A DNA stretch of 64,000 nt from an uncultured Dehalococcoidia bacterium (GTDB taxonomy: Bacteria; Chloroflexota; Dehalococcoidia; Bin125). A model generated the notes under the pieces. The model worked only from the letters and a program-made list of their open reading frames with translations, did not search any database and had not been told where the DNA came from. Location: NCBI GenBank assembly GCA_958295515.1, contig CATQGW010000001.1, forward strand, positions 1,006,658 through 1,070,657, given 5' to 3'. A program made the position numbers and the translations under genes. This document shows, piece by piece, positions 45,659 to 55,354 of this stretch (within the stretch, counting starts at the first letter, position 1; every line of letters begins with the position of its first letter).

Positions 45659-46591
45659 CTAGGCGGCGTCGGCGTGGACTACTGGTAGGACCTCTTCGAG
45701 GAGTTGCTGGGTTTGGCGCATGATGGCTTCGTCGCCCTGGACGGCGGGGCGCATGATGAATTTGCTGACGCCTACGGCGCGGTATTCGTCGATGCGCGCC
45801 TGGATTTCCTTTGCGCCGCCGACGACGAGGAACTGCTCGGGGCGCAGTTCGGGGAAGCGGCGGCGCAGGCCGTTCACCTGGGCCTGCACGTCGGGGTCGT
45901 CCCAGCTGCCGAAGTGGTAGCCCAGGCCGGCGCCGAAGTGGTCGGGCTCGTAGTCGGTGCGGCCGGCCTCGGCGAGGGCGGCGCGGATTTGCTGGATGAC
46001 GGGGCCGACCTCGTCGGCGCCTTGCACGCCGGCGACCCAGCCGGTGCCGATTTGGGCGGTGCGGCGGATCGCGGCCTTGCTCGCGCCGCCGATCCAGAGC
46101 GGCAGCGGCCGCTGCACGGGCTTGGGCTCCATTACGGCGTTGGTGTAGTGGAAGTGCTCGCCGTGGAAGGTGACCGACTCTTCGTTCCAGAGCCGCGACA
46201 TGAGCGTGAGCGCTTCATCGGCGATTGGCCCGCGGCCTTTGAGGGGGCGGTCGGTGACGCGCCATTCGGGGGCGATGGGTCCGCCGACGCCGAAGGCGGG
46301 GAGCAGGCGGCCGTTGCTGAGGAAGTCGATCGTCGCGCACTGCTTGGCGAGCACGAGCGGGTCGCGGAAGCCGACGACGACGACGTTCATGCCGAACTTG
46401 AGCTTCTCGGTGCCGGCGGCGAGGGCGGCCATGAAGGTCATCGATTCGAGCATCGGCTGCTCGGAGATCAGACGGTCGGTCTGCCAGATCGAGTCGACGC
46501 CGGCCTCCTCGCAGAGGTCGATCCAGCGCCAGAGCGTCTTGACGTCGGAAAACGGGAAGTTCGCAATGCCCATGCCGATGCGGTCGCTCAT
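45659..46591 (-). CDS. LLM-class F420-dependent oxidoreductase.
   Basis: A GGAGGAGG RBS precedes MSDRIGMGIANFPFS. Luciferase-like TIM-barrel signatures are present. Confidence 0.7.
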   Translation of the reverse strand: MSDRIGMGIANFPFSDVKTLWRWIDLCEEAGVDSIWQTDRLISEQPMLESMTFMAALAAGTEKLKFGMNVVVVGFRDPLVLAKQCATIDFLSNGRLLPAFGVGGPIAPEWRVTDRPLKGRGPIADEALTLMSRLWNEESVTFHGEHFHYTNAVMEPKPVQRPLPLWIGGASKAAIRRTAQIGTGWVAGVQGADEVGPVIQQIRAALAEAGRTDYEPDHFGAGLGYHFGSWDDPDVQAQVNGLRRRFPELRPEQFLVVGGAKEIQARIDEYRAVGVSKFIMRPAVQGDEAIMRQTQQLLEEVLPVVHADAA

Positions 46592-46668
46592 GCCCGATCC
46601 TCCTCCGTGCTCCGCGCGTTGCCCTGAGGCTAACAAACGTGCTCGAATTGTCGAAGCGGGGCGCGAAT

Positions 46669-46686
46669 TGGGGGGGGGGGGGGGGG
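46669..46686. repeat. Homopolymeric G18 tract followed by TAAAAG, ~100 bp upstream of the yhhQ-like gene.
   Basis: Direct count across gaattGGGGGGGGGGGGGGGGGGtaaaagttgg. Confidence 0.9.
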
Positions 46687-46783
46687 TAAAAGTTGGATTG
46701 ACGGTTTGCCACAGGTCGCTATCGTGGGCGCCGTAGGTGGGGACGGAAGCGGAACTCGCGCGCTGGGGAGTGGGAGCGAGACG

Positions 46784-47545
46784 ATGCGATTTTCGGGCAA
46801 GCTGGTGATCATCGTCGCGCTGGCGGTGTCGGTGCTGCTGGTGTCCAACACGATTGCCGGCAAGCCGCTCTATCTGTTCGACCTGGGCTTCGATTTCCTC
46901 GGCGACAGCGCGGTGATCGTCTCGGTCTCGGTGATTTGCTTCCCGCTCGGCTACATCATCAGCGACGTGCTGACGGAGGTCTACGGCTTCCGAGTGGCTC
47001 GCGGGGTGATCTGGCTGGGCTTCGCCTGCAACCTGCTGATGGTCTTCCTCTACTGGGGCGCGCGGGCCATCCCCGGGCTTGAAGGCTGGGGTTTCGGGTC
47101 GTTCAACGAGGAGTCCTTCGACGCGATTCTGGGCACGACCGGCTGGCTGCTGCTGGGCAGCTTCGGGGCGTACGTGATCGGCGAGTTCGCCAACGCCTCA
47201 ATGATGTCTCTGCTCAAGAGCCGGATGGCGGGGCGGCACCTGTGGCTGCGCGCGATCGCCTCGACGATAGTCGGGCAGGGCATCGACTCCTGGATTTTCT
47301 ACCTGATCGCGTTCGGTCTCTCGGGGCTGTGGGGCTGGCAAGCGGCGGCGCAGGGCGCGGTCTTCGGCTGGATCGTGAAGACGCTCTTCGAGGTGGTGGC
47401 GCTGCCGGTCACCTACTGGGTGGTGGACTGGCTGAAGCGCACCGAGCACATGGACATCTACGACGCGCCGGCCTCGCTGAACCCGTTCGGGATTTTCGGC
47501 GACGAGGACAGCGAGAGCCGCAACGCCGCGGCGACCTCCGACTGA
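46784..47545 (+). CDS. Queuosine-precursor transporter family (YhhQ / DUF165, VUT) membrane protein.
   Basis: Multi-TM protein with the YhhQ-like motif ...PLGYIISDVLTEVYGF... Confidence 0.65.
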   Translation: MRFSGKLVIIVALAVSVLLVSNTIAGKPLYLFDLGFDFLGDSAVIVSVSVICFPLGYIISDVLTEVYGFRVARGVIWLGFACNLLMVFLYWGARAIPGLEGWGFGSFNEESFDAILGTTGWLLLGSFGAYVIGEFANASMMSLLKSRMAGRHLWLRAIASTIVGQGIDSWIFYLIAFGLSGLWGWQAAAQGAVFGWIVKTLFEVVALPVTYWVVDWLKRTEHMDIYDAPASLNPFGIFGDEDSESRNAAATSD

Positions 47546-47597
47546 ACGGCCTATCCTGCTGCTGGTCCACTGAGCCGAAGAGCAGGAGCGCCCGACT

Positions 47598-48806
47598 ATG
47601 ACCAGCGAAGCCGTCGCCGCCGAATCCACCGCGTTCACCCTCGCGCGCGAGCGCTACGGGGGCGAGCTGGAAGAGGCGCTCGCGCCCGCGCAGGCGGTGA
47701 TCTCGGCCGACTCGCACATCATCGAACCGGCCGATCTCTGGACCAGCCGGATTGACCCGGCCTACCGCGAGCGCGGCCCGCACATCGAGATGCAGGCGGA
47801 GATGCCGAGCGGGGAGGTGGAAGAGGGGCAGTTCATGGTCGTTGAGGGCGGCGCGCCGCAGCGCGTGGCGGGCTTCGCCGTGGCCAACGTCGATCCCAAA
47901 GACCGCGCCGAAGCGAACAAGCGCGGCTACGACCAAATCCGCCCGGGCGCCTGGGATCCGGTGGAGCGGCTGAAGGATCAGGACATCGACGGGATCGTCT
48001 GCGAGGTGATCTACCCGTCGATGGCGATGCCCTACTTTTCGCTGCCGGACAGCGGCCTGCAGCAGGCGGTGTTCCGCGCCTACAACGACTGGATGGCGGA
48101 GTTCTGCTCGCACGATCCGAAGCGGCTGGTGGGGCTGGCGATGCTTTCGCTGGACGATGTGGAGCAGGCGGTGGCGGAGCTGCGGCGGGCGCGCGAGTTG
48201 GGCTTGCGCGGCGCGCTGATCCCGAACTCGCTCGCGCCGGAAGCGTCCTACGGGGACCCCGGGTTCGACCCGCTCTGGGCGGCGGCGGCGGAGCTGCAGA
48301 TGCCGCTCAGCATGCACATTCTGACAGGCCGCTACCGCCCGGCCGGGAGCGCCGCGGATCCGTGGCTGGTCTGGTACATGGATCTGCCCGCGCCGGCAAT
48401 GAAGTCGATCACCGCGATGCTGTGCAGCGGGGTGTTCACCCGCCACCCGGAGCTGAAGGTGATCTCGGTGGAGAACGACATCGGCTGGCTGGGGCACTAC
48501 CTCTATCGGCTCCAGCACGGCTGGGACGAGTTCCGGTTCATGCTCAATCTCGAGCAGGAGCTTTCGCCCAACGAGTACTTCAGCCGCAATATCTGGGCGA
48601 CGTTCCAGAGCGATCCGGTGGGCGTGCAAACGCGCGAGCGGATCGGCGTCGATCGGCTGATGTGGGGCTCGGACTACCCGCACGGGGACTCGACCTGGCC
48701 GGAGTCGCGCCCGACGATCAACTTCAACTTTCAGAATGTCGAGAGCAGCGATATCGCGGCGATCTGCTACGACACGGTGCGGGAGCTGTACAGCATCGAT
48801 CGTTAG
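47598..48806 (+). CDS. Amidohydrolase-2 family metal-dependent hydrolase.
   Basis: ADSHIIEP and HxH-like motifs, plus the C-terminal GSDYPHGD. Confidence 0.7.
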   Translation: MTSEAVAAESTAFTLARERYGGELEEALAPAQAVISADSHIIEPADLWTSRIDPAYRERGPHIEMQAEMPSGEVEEGQFMVVEGGAPQRVAGFAVANVDPKDRAEANKRGYDQIRPGAWDPVERLKDQDIDGIVCEVIYPSMAMPYFSLPDSGLQQAVFRAYNDWMAEFCSHDPKRLVGLAMLSLDDVEQAVAELRRARELGLRGALIPNSLAPEASYGDPGFDPLWAAAAELQMPLSMHILTGRYRPAGSAADPWLVWYMDLPAPAMKSITAMLCSGVFTRHPELKVISVENDIGWLGHYLYRLQHGWDEFRFMLNLEQELSPNEYFSRNIWATFQSDPVGVQTRERIGVDRLMWGSDYPHGDSTWPESRPTINFNFQNVESSDIAAICYDTVRELYSIDR

Positions 48807-48859
48807 TGGGGCTCGGCTTTGGCGTGTAATCATCGCCGCCCGCCAAAGCTCACCGCGCG

Positions 48860-49204
48860 TCACTCTTCGAGCAAGATCGAGACGGACTCGATGAAGTCCA
48901 TGTCGTCGTCGGCATGCGGACTTTCGTTGATTGCCTTCGCCTGCCGCCGCATTTCCTCGGCGAAATGCGGCGAGCTCGGGTCCGGCGTCCGGACCAGCTC
49001 GGGATGCATCGCGCGCTCGCGCGTCTGACCGCAGTCAGGGCAGTCCGCGATTTCTTGCGCCCGGCGGCGCGCCTCGGCAATGAATTCAGGGTCACTCGTG
49101 TCCGGCAGCCAGAGCACGACAGGCACCAGCCCCTGCGCGCGCATCTCCTTGTGCTCTTCGCTCTCCGGGTCAAGCGCTGTGTAGGGATCGCGTGCTGCCG
49201 GCAT
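48860..49204 (-). CDS. DUF3018-like (MazE-type) antitoxin homolog, second copy.
   Basis: Contains ...MRAQGLVPVVLWLPDTSDPEFIAEARRRAQEIA...DMDFIESVS, similar to the 49702..49926 product. ~58% GC. Confidence 0.45.
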   Translation of the reverse strand: MPAARDPYTALDPESEEHKEMRAQGLVPVVLWLPDTSDPEFIAEARRRAQEIADCPDCGQTRERAMHPELVRTPDPSSPHFAEEMRRQAKAINESPHADDDMDFIESVSILLEE

Positions 49205-49278
49205 TTGGGCTCCTCGCTTCCTCCACGATAGCGCGCCGAGTCTCGCTTAGCGCGCCTGGCCAATCGGGCGCTGCCCAA

Positions 49279-49692
49279 TCAAGTCACATTGGGCGAAACG
49301 CCTCCGGAGGTCATGAATTCGATCAGGCGCAAGTAGAATTCATCCATGATTGTTTGGTCAAGCGTACCTATCCGTGTTCTGAGACTTTCTTTTTGTACTG
49401 TGGTGACTTTGTCGACCATCAGCCGAGATGGTTTGTCCAGTCCGTTGACTTCATCGGGTTCCACCAAAATGCGGTAAAATGCCTGTTCTTCGTTCGTTGT
49501 GAATATGCAAACGGTGACTGAATCCAAACCGCCGGCTTTCACCATGTCCTGCACGACAACGGCGGGGCGTGGCTTGCTTCTCACATAGGCTTGTTCGTCG
49601 TCTTGGACGATCCAGATCGTCCCAAGCTCCAGCTTCGGCTCGCTTGTGGTGCGGGTCCGCTCAATATTCTGGTCGTGCTCGCGTCCGGGCAT
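49279..49692 (-). CDS. mazF: MazF/PemK-family toxin (mRNA interferase).
   Basis: Contains GTIWIVQDDEQAYVRSKPRPAVVVQ...VTVCIFTTNEEQ...LMVDKVTTVQKESL. Confidence 0.7.
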   Translation of the reverse strand: MPGREHDQNIERTRTTSEPKLELGTIWIVQDDEQAYVRSKPRPAVVVQDMVKAGGLDSVTVCIFTTNEEQAFYRILVEPDEVNGLDKPSRLMVDKVTTVQKESLRTRIGTLDQTIMDEFYLRLIEFMTSGGVSPNVT

Positions 49693-49701
49693 CGCTGTTC
49701 G

Positions 49702-49926
49702 TCACGAGTCGCGACGAAGCACTGAGACAGCTTTGATGAAGGCCAAGTCCTCGCGCTCCTGAGGGCTTTGCGCGATCGCCAGTGTCTGACGTTGCGCTTC
49801 GGCGATGGATTCCGCAGAGCACTTGTCCGATAGCCGGAGCCTCCTTCTGAGCGCCAGCCTCGGATCCGGTCGCTCAATGACGCTGTCCTCGCTTTGCGAG
49901 GACGGGAACTGAGTTCTGTCCGACAT
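49702..49926 (-). CDS. DUF3018-like antitoxin, cognate to the MazF toxin.
   Basis: 74 aa, 9 nt upstream of mazF. Contains ...AEAQRQTLAIAQSPQEREDLAFIKAVS. Confidence 0.55.
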   Translation of the reverse strand: MSDRTQFPSSQSEDSVIERPDPRLALRRRLRLSDKCSAESIAEAQRQTLAIAQSPQEREDLAFIKAVSVLRRDS

Positions 49927-50005
49927 CAGACCTGCCTCCTCCTGAGGCGCGTTGGCTCAGCTGTGCGGCCAGCGTAGCGAAGCGTTGTCGTTGTTCGCAA
50001 ACCTG

Positions 50006-50529
50006 TCAGCGCCCGCGGCCGATCGGGCGCTGCCAGAGCGCGACATCCCAGTAGCGGCCGAACTTCCAGCCGGCCTCGCTGAGCACGCCGACGCGCTCGT
50101 AGCCGGCGCGCTCGGTCAGCTTCTCCGACGGATCGTTGGGCAGCGTGATTTGGGCGAACGCGCGGTGCAGCGGCTCTGTTGCGAGCGCCTCCAGAAGCGC
50201 TGAGATCAGCTGCGGTCCGATGCCTTGCCCGGTTGCGCCGTCCAGGCAGTACACGCTGGTCTCCACGCTCGTCGCGTAGGCCGCCTTCTCGCGCCACGGA
50301 CTGCTGTAGGCCATGCCGACGATTTGGCCTGCGTCCTCGGCGACGAGGATGCGATAGGGGCCGGTGGGGGCGTACTTGGCGAACCACACTGCGCGGCGGC
50401 GCTCGACCGTCCACGGCTCGAGGTCGAACGTCGCGGACGACGTTTCGATGTAGTGGTTGTAGAGCGCCGTCAGCGCCGGCAGGTCGTCGTCGACGGCTGC
50501 CCGAATTTCGAGGCCGCCGCGCTCGGCCA
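50006..50529 (-). CDS. GNAT N-acetyltransferase (PAT-like).
   Basis: Acetyl-CoA-binding motif QGIGPQLISALLE. The track ORF extends to 50608, but the GNAT N-terminus fits a TTG start at ~50529. Confidence 0.6.
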
Positions 50530-50534
50530 AGCGC

Positions 50535-51434
50535 TTAGCCAACCCGGCGCTCGCCCAGGACGGCGGGCTTGAAGACGCGCTCGATCTCCTCGGCGGCGCG
50601 CTCGACATCCCAGCGCTCGGTGCCGGCGAGCTGGCGCTGCACCTCGTACTGCGTGTAGAGCGAGATGTCGTAGCCCATCGCGCCGATCACCTGGCCGTTG
50701 AGCCAGTCGGAGGCTTCGGAGGCGATGTAGGCGATCGGCACGGCGACGTTGGCCGGCGACATGCGGGGGTCGGCTTCGGCGCTGTCGGTGATCGCGCTGC
50801 CGCGCCGCTCGTCGGGCACGGTGTCGGTCATCCGCGTCGCCGCGCCCGGCCCGATGGCGTTGGAGGTCACGCCGTAGCGCCCGAGCGCGTTGGCGCAGGA
50901 GTAGGTGAAGCCCACGATGCCCAGCTTGGCGGCGGCGTAGTTGGGCTGGCCGGGCGCACCGAACAGGCCGGAGCCGGAGGTGAAGTTGATCAGCCGGTAG
51001 TGCCCCTCGCGCTGCTGCCGCCAGTAGATCGAGGCGTACTTGGTCGTGTTGAAGGTGCCCTTCATGTGGACATCAACCACCGCGTCCCACTCGTCCTCGG
51101 TCATGTTGAAGACCATGCGGTCGCGCAGGATGCCGGCGACGTTGACGAGGATGTCGAGGCGTCCGTAGGCGTCGAGCGCCTGCTGGATGATGCCTTCGGC
51201 GGCGTTGTAGTCGGAGACGGAGGCGTAGTTGGCCTGCGCGTCCCCGCCGGTGTCGTTGATCAGCGCGACGACCTCGTCGGCGGGTCCCGCGGCGGCGCCG
51301 GTGCCGTCGACCGAGCCGCCCAGGTCGTTGACCACGACTTTGGCGCCCTGCGCGGCGAACAGCTTGGAGATTTCCGCGCCGATCCCGCGGCCCGCGCCGG
51401 TCACGATCGCCACTCGGTTGTCAAGCATTCCCAT
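50535..51434 (-). CDS. SDR-family oxidoreductase, paralog 1.
   Basis: Starts MGMLDNRVAIVTGAGRGIGAEISK...YAAAK. Confidence 0.75.
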   Translation of the reverse strand: MGMLDNRVAIVTGAGRGIGAEISKLFAAQGAKVVVNDLGGSVDGTGAAAGPADEVVALINDTGGDAQANYASVSDYNAAEGIIQQALDAYGRLDILVNVAGILRDRMVFNMTEDEWDAVVDVHMKGTFNTTKYASIYWRQQREGHYRLINFTSGSGLFGAPGQPNYAAAKLGIVGFTYSCANALGRYGVTSNAIGPGAATRMTDTVPDERRGSAITDSAEADPRMSPANVAVPIAYIASEASDWLNGQVIGAMGYDISLYTQYEVQRQLAGTERWDVERAAEEIERVFKPAVLGERRVG

Positions 51435-51480
51435 GAGGTTCGTCCTTCCTGTCTGCTGCGCTGCTCTGTCTGCTGCGCGG

Positions 51481-52384
51481 CTAGCCGAAGAAGCCGCCGT
51501 CGCCGCCGACGGCCGGCTTGAAGATCTGCTCGAACTGCTCGGCTGCGCCCTCGACGCTCCAGCGTTCGGTGCCGCGCATCTGGCGAATCACGGCCGGCTT
51601 GTTGAACAGCTGCAAGTCGTAGCCCGACGCGCCGATGATCTGGCCGTTCAGCCAGTCGGACTGTTCGGAGGCCATGTAGACCAGCGGGACGGCGACATTG
51701 GCGGGCGAACGCTGCGGGTCCTGCTCGGTGGACTCGATCGAGCCTTCGCGCCGTCGGTCTTCCGGCACGGTGTCGGTCATTCGGGTGGACGCGCCCGGCG
51801 AGATCGCGTTGGCGGTCGCGCCGTAGCGCCCCAGCGCGTTGGCGCAGGAGTAGGTGAAGCCGACCACGCCCATCTTGGCCGCGGCGTAGTTCGGCTGGCC
51901 GGGCGCGCCGAAGATGCCGGAGACGGAGGAGAAGTTGATCAGGCGGTAGTGCCCCTTGCGCTCGGTGCGCCAGTGGATCGAGGCGTACTTGGTGGTGTTG
52001 AAGGCGCCCTTCAGATGCACGTCGAGGACGGCGTCCCATTCGGCTTCGGTCATGTTGAAGACCATGCGGTCGCGCAGGATACCGGCGGTGTTGACGAGGA
52101 TGTCGAGGTCGCCGAAGGTGTCGATCGCCTGGCGGATGATGCTCTCGGAGGCGTCGTAGTCGGAGACCGAGGAGTAGTTGGCGACGGCCTGTCCACCGGT
52201 GTCGTTGATGAAGGCCACGACCTCGTCGGCGGGCGCGTTGGCCGCGCCGCTGCCGTCGACCGAGCCGCCCAAGTCGTTGACGACGACCTTCGCGCCTTCG
52301 GCGGCGAACAGCTTGGAGATTTCCGCGCCGATTCCGCGTCCTGCGCCGGTGACGACTGCGACGCGATTGTCAAGCATGCCCATG
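51481..52384 (-). CDS. SDR-family oxidoreductase, paralog 2 (tandem duplicate).
   Basis: Starts MGMLDNRVAVVTGAGRGIGAEISK. ~80% identical to paralog 1. Track ORF 51481..52560 begins upstream. Confidence 0.75.
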
Positions 52385-52554
52385 GGTTGGTTCGTCCTTC
52401 CTGCGGCTCGTTCGCCGCGTACGGCCAATTGGCCGAAACAAGTGCTGATGTGCGGCCGCGAGTCCTCAGGCCTGCGGCGTCGTTGCAGGCTATCACCGCT
52501 GATCCGTAGCGTCCGCCTGTTTGCCGCTCTCTTTTCGCCCCTGCCTGCCCTCCC

Positions 52555-52640
52555 CGTCATTCCCGCGAACGCGGGAATCTCGTGGCGGTACCTGGGAGGT
52601 AGCGCGAGGGAGATTCCCGCTCGGGGGCGGGAATGACGGG
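52555..52640. repeat. Two type B hairpin elements.
   Basis: gtcattcccgcgaacgcgggaatctcg and gattcccgctcgggggcgggaatgacgg. Confidence 0.8.
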
Positions 52641-52737
52641 AAAGAGCGCGGGCATGACGGAAGAGGGGTGGGAATGACGGAAAAGGGGATGGCGGCGGGT
52701 GGCTGTAGGCGGCTGGGGTTCTGGGGGGTTGGCTGGC

Positions 52738-53097
52738 TTAGTGGCGGGGTCCCTGGCGGCCTGGCTGTGGCTGTGTTTGGGCGAACTCTCGGCTTGTGGG
52801 GGTCTCGGTGATCACGGGCTCGTAGAGGCCCAGCACGGGGGGACCGTCCAGCACCTCGCCGATTGCGCCTTGCGCGTGGGCGAGGCGGAAGGATTCGCTG
52901 CGCGTCCAGGCGTGGAACGCTTCGGGGCTCTCCCACTGTGAGAACGAGATGTAGTCGCCCGCGTCTGCGCCGCGCAGCAGCATGAACTGCACGAAGCCGG
53001 GCACCTCCGCCAGGTAGGACTCGCGCTGCTTCCAGATCTGCTCCCACTGCTCCTCGCGGTCCGGCTTGACGCGGAAGCGATTCATGGCGAGATACAT
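52738..53097 (-). CDS. Antibiotic-biosynthesis-monooxygenase (ABM) domain protein.
   Basis: Starts MYLAMNRFRVKPDREEQWEQIW. Confidence 0.55.
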   Translation of the reverse strand: MYLAMNRFRVKPDREEQWEQIWKQRESYLAEVPGFVQFMLLRGADAGDYISFSQWESPEAFHAWTRSESFRLAHAQGAIGEVLDGPPVLGLYEPVITETPTSREFAQTQPQPGRQGPRH

Positions 53098-53150
53098 CGG
53101 CGGCTCCATCCCTGCTCGGTTGCTCAGGCTGCGTCAGTTTACGCTTTGGG

Positions 53151-53740
53151 CTATGCGCGGCAAGATACGGACTGTGATGTTGCTGATTGGGGGCTGCGCA
53201 GTCGCGCTGTTGGCCGCTGCGTGTTCGGGCGGCGTTTCGCAGGATGACTACGACGCGCTTGCCCGTGATGCGGCGGTCGCCGCCGCCGACGCGCAGCGCG
53301 CGCAGGTCTTCGCCGCGCTCGAACCGCTCGATCCGCTGCGCTATCACCTGCTCGACGCGGAGATCCGCAACGAGGGGCGGGCGCCGAGCGCGGCGATCGT
53401 CTGGGCCGAGCGCGCCCGCCAGACGCTCGGCTGGGTTGGTTGGCCGCCTGAGCTGCGGGAGCATGTCGAGCAGTACGCCGAATGGCTGGACTCGCTGCTG
53501 CCGGCGCTGCTCGGCAATGACGCGGAGGCCGCTGCGGAGCCGTCGCGCATCGTCCACGCGCTGGCGCATACCTTTGAGGCGGCCGTTGAGGCCTGGCTGA
53601 ACGGCGAGTCGGTGCCGGCCGCGCCGGCGCTGGCCGGGCTCGAACCGCCCTCTCATGTCCACCCCTCCGAGGGCGACGACGGGATGAGCATGGATGATGA
53701 AGCGGAGCACGGTTCGCACGACGCGCAAGACGAGCAGTAG
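53151..53740 (+). CDS. Lipoprotein, hypothetical.
   Basis: A signal peptide plus lipobox (LLAAACSGG), then an acidic C-terminus. Confidence 0.5.
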
Positions 53741-54368
53741 CGCGGCGGTTCTGTTGGCGGCGTTGGGCGGCCTCTGCGCAGCGTTGGCCGCGCTCGGCAC
53801 GGCGGACGCGCACGCCGCCTATGCCGCCTCGACGCCCGCTTTCGCGGCGGTGCTGGATGCTGCACCTGAGCGGATTGAACTGCGCTTCACCCAGCAGCTG
53901 TTCCGCCGCGAGGATGCGAACCGGATCACGCTTGAGCGATCCGATGACGACGCCTCAATCGCCTTGGGGGAAATTGAGATCGACAACGCGGACCGCGCAT
54001 CAATGCGCGCAGAGCTGCTGGCTCCGCTGCGGCCGGGGCGCTATCTGGTCGGCTGGCAGAACCTCTCGGCCGACGATGGAGACAGTGATCGGGGCAGCTA
54101 TCCCTTCTATGTGGGACGCTCGCCCAGCGCCGCGGAGCAGGCCGCCGATCGCACGCTGGCGGCTGAACTGCTGATCCCCTATCCCGGCGACGAGCCTGCC
54201 GAACCAGCGACGGAAACCGAGCTGGAGCAGCGCGCTCCGACCGTGGTCCGCCGCGAGGCGGAGCCGACGGGCGGGGTTGCGGCGTCGGCGATTGTCTGGC
54301 TGGCGCTGGGCGGCGGGGCGCTGTTGACGGTTGGCGCGAGTTGGCTGCGCCGCGGTCGAGCGACATAA
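53694..54368 (+). CDS. copC: CopC-domain copper-binding protein with a C-terminal TM anchor.
   Basis: The mature N-terminus HAAYAASTPA...ELRFTQ...GRYLVGWQNLSADDGDSDRGSYPFYV fits CopC. Confidence 0.6.
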   Translation: MMKRSTVRTTRKTSSSAAVLLAALGGLCAALAALGTADAHAAYAASTPAFAAVLDAAPERIELRFTQQLFRREDANRITLERSDDDASIALGEIEIDNADRASMRAELLAPLRPGRYLVGWQNLSADDGDSDRGSYPFYVGRSPSAAEQAADRTLAAELLIPYPGDEPAEPATETELEQRAPTVVRREAEPTGGVAASAIVWLALGGGALLTVGASWLRRGRAT

Positions 54369-55354
54369 TGCGCCGCGCATTTTGGGCTCTGCCGCTGGTC
54401 TTGCTGATTGCCGCTGCCTGCGGCGGTGAGCCTGCGCGTCCCGCCGTGCTGCCGGTGCCCGGGCTCGCCGCGTTCACCATTGGCGTTGACCTGTGGTTGC
54501 GCGACGACGGCGAGGAGCGCCGCATTGTGGAGTCCGAAGCGGGACGGCAGGTGCTTTCGCCCGCCATCTCGCCCGATGGCGAGCAGGTTGCCTTTGTGCT
54601 CTTCCAGCTGACCAACACCGATGAAATCAGCGTGGGCTCGGACATTGCGATCCACGACGGCTCCGGCGTTCGCATCGTGCTCCAGCATGAACGCCAGGCC
54701 GAGTACTTCTGGAGTCCGCGCTGGACGCCCGACGGGCGCTCGCTGGTCTACACGCGGGAAGCGCCGGGGATGGAGATCGCGGTCGAACAGCTGGATTTGA
54801 GCAGCGGCGAAACGCGCGTGCTGCGCAGCCGCGCGCGCGACGGCGACCTCTCGCCCGACGGCGGACGCCTGGTCTTCATCGACGACCCTTACGGCGGTTC
54901 GCCGCGCCTGATGGTGCGCGAGCTCCGGTCCGGCGTGGAGTACCCGCTCGATCCCGATGGCAGCTGGGAAATCCAGGTGTTTCGGATGCCCAAGTGGACG
55001 CCGGACGGCGAGTGGATTCTGTTCGCCGGCGCGGTGCAGGCGGCGACCGTCTCGAGCGTCGCGGCGCTGAGCGCGAACGGTCCTGAGGACATCTGGCGCG
55101 TCGCCGCGGGCGGCGGGCGGCCTGAGTTGATTGGGGCGATCACGGAGGATCAACCCGACTTCGCGATCTCCGATGATGGCCGCCATGTGCTGGCGCGCGG
55201 CTCGTTCGGCGTCTACATCCTTTCGCTCTCCGCGCCGGCTGCGGCGTTCGCGGTTGCGCCCGGCGAGTTTCACGGCTGGCACGACTGGCGGGGCGTCCTG
55301 ACCGATGAGCAGTGGGATCAGCTGATCGAGCAGGCCGGCGCGGGCGGGCAATGA
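54367..55354 (+). CDS. TolB-like beta-propeller lipoprotein (PD40 repeats).
   Basis: A lipobox (LIAAACGG), then repeated SPDGxxxAF / TPDGxxLVY motifs. Confidence 0.6.

Noticed and set aside
46690-46784. preQ1 riboswitch upstream of the yhhQ-like transporter.
   Set aside because: The expected compact hairpin plus A-rich tail is not evident in the sequence. Only the G18-TAAAAG element stands out.
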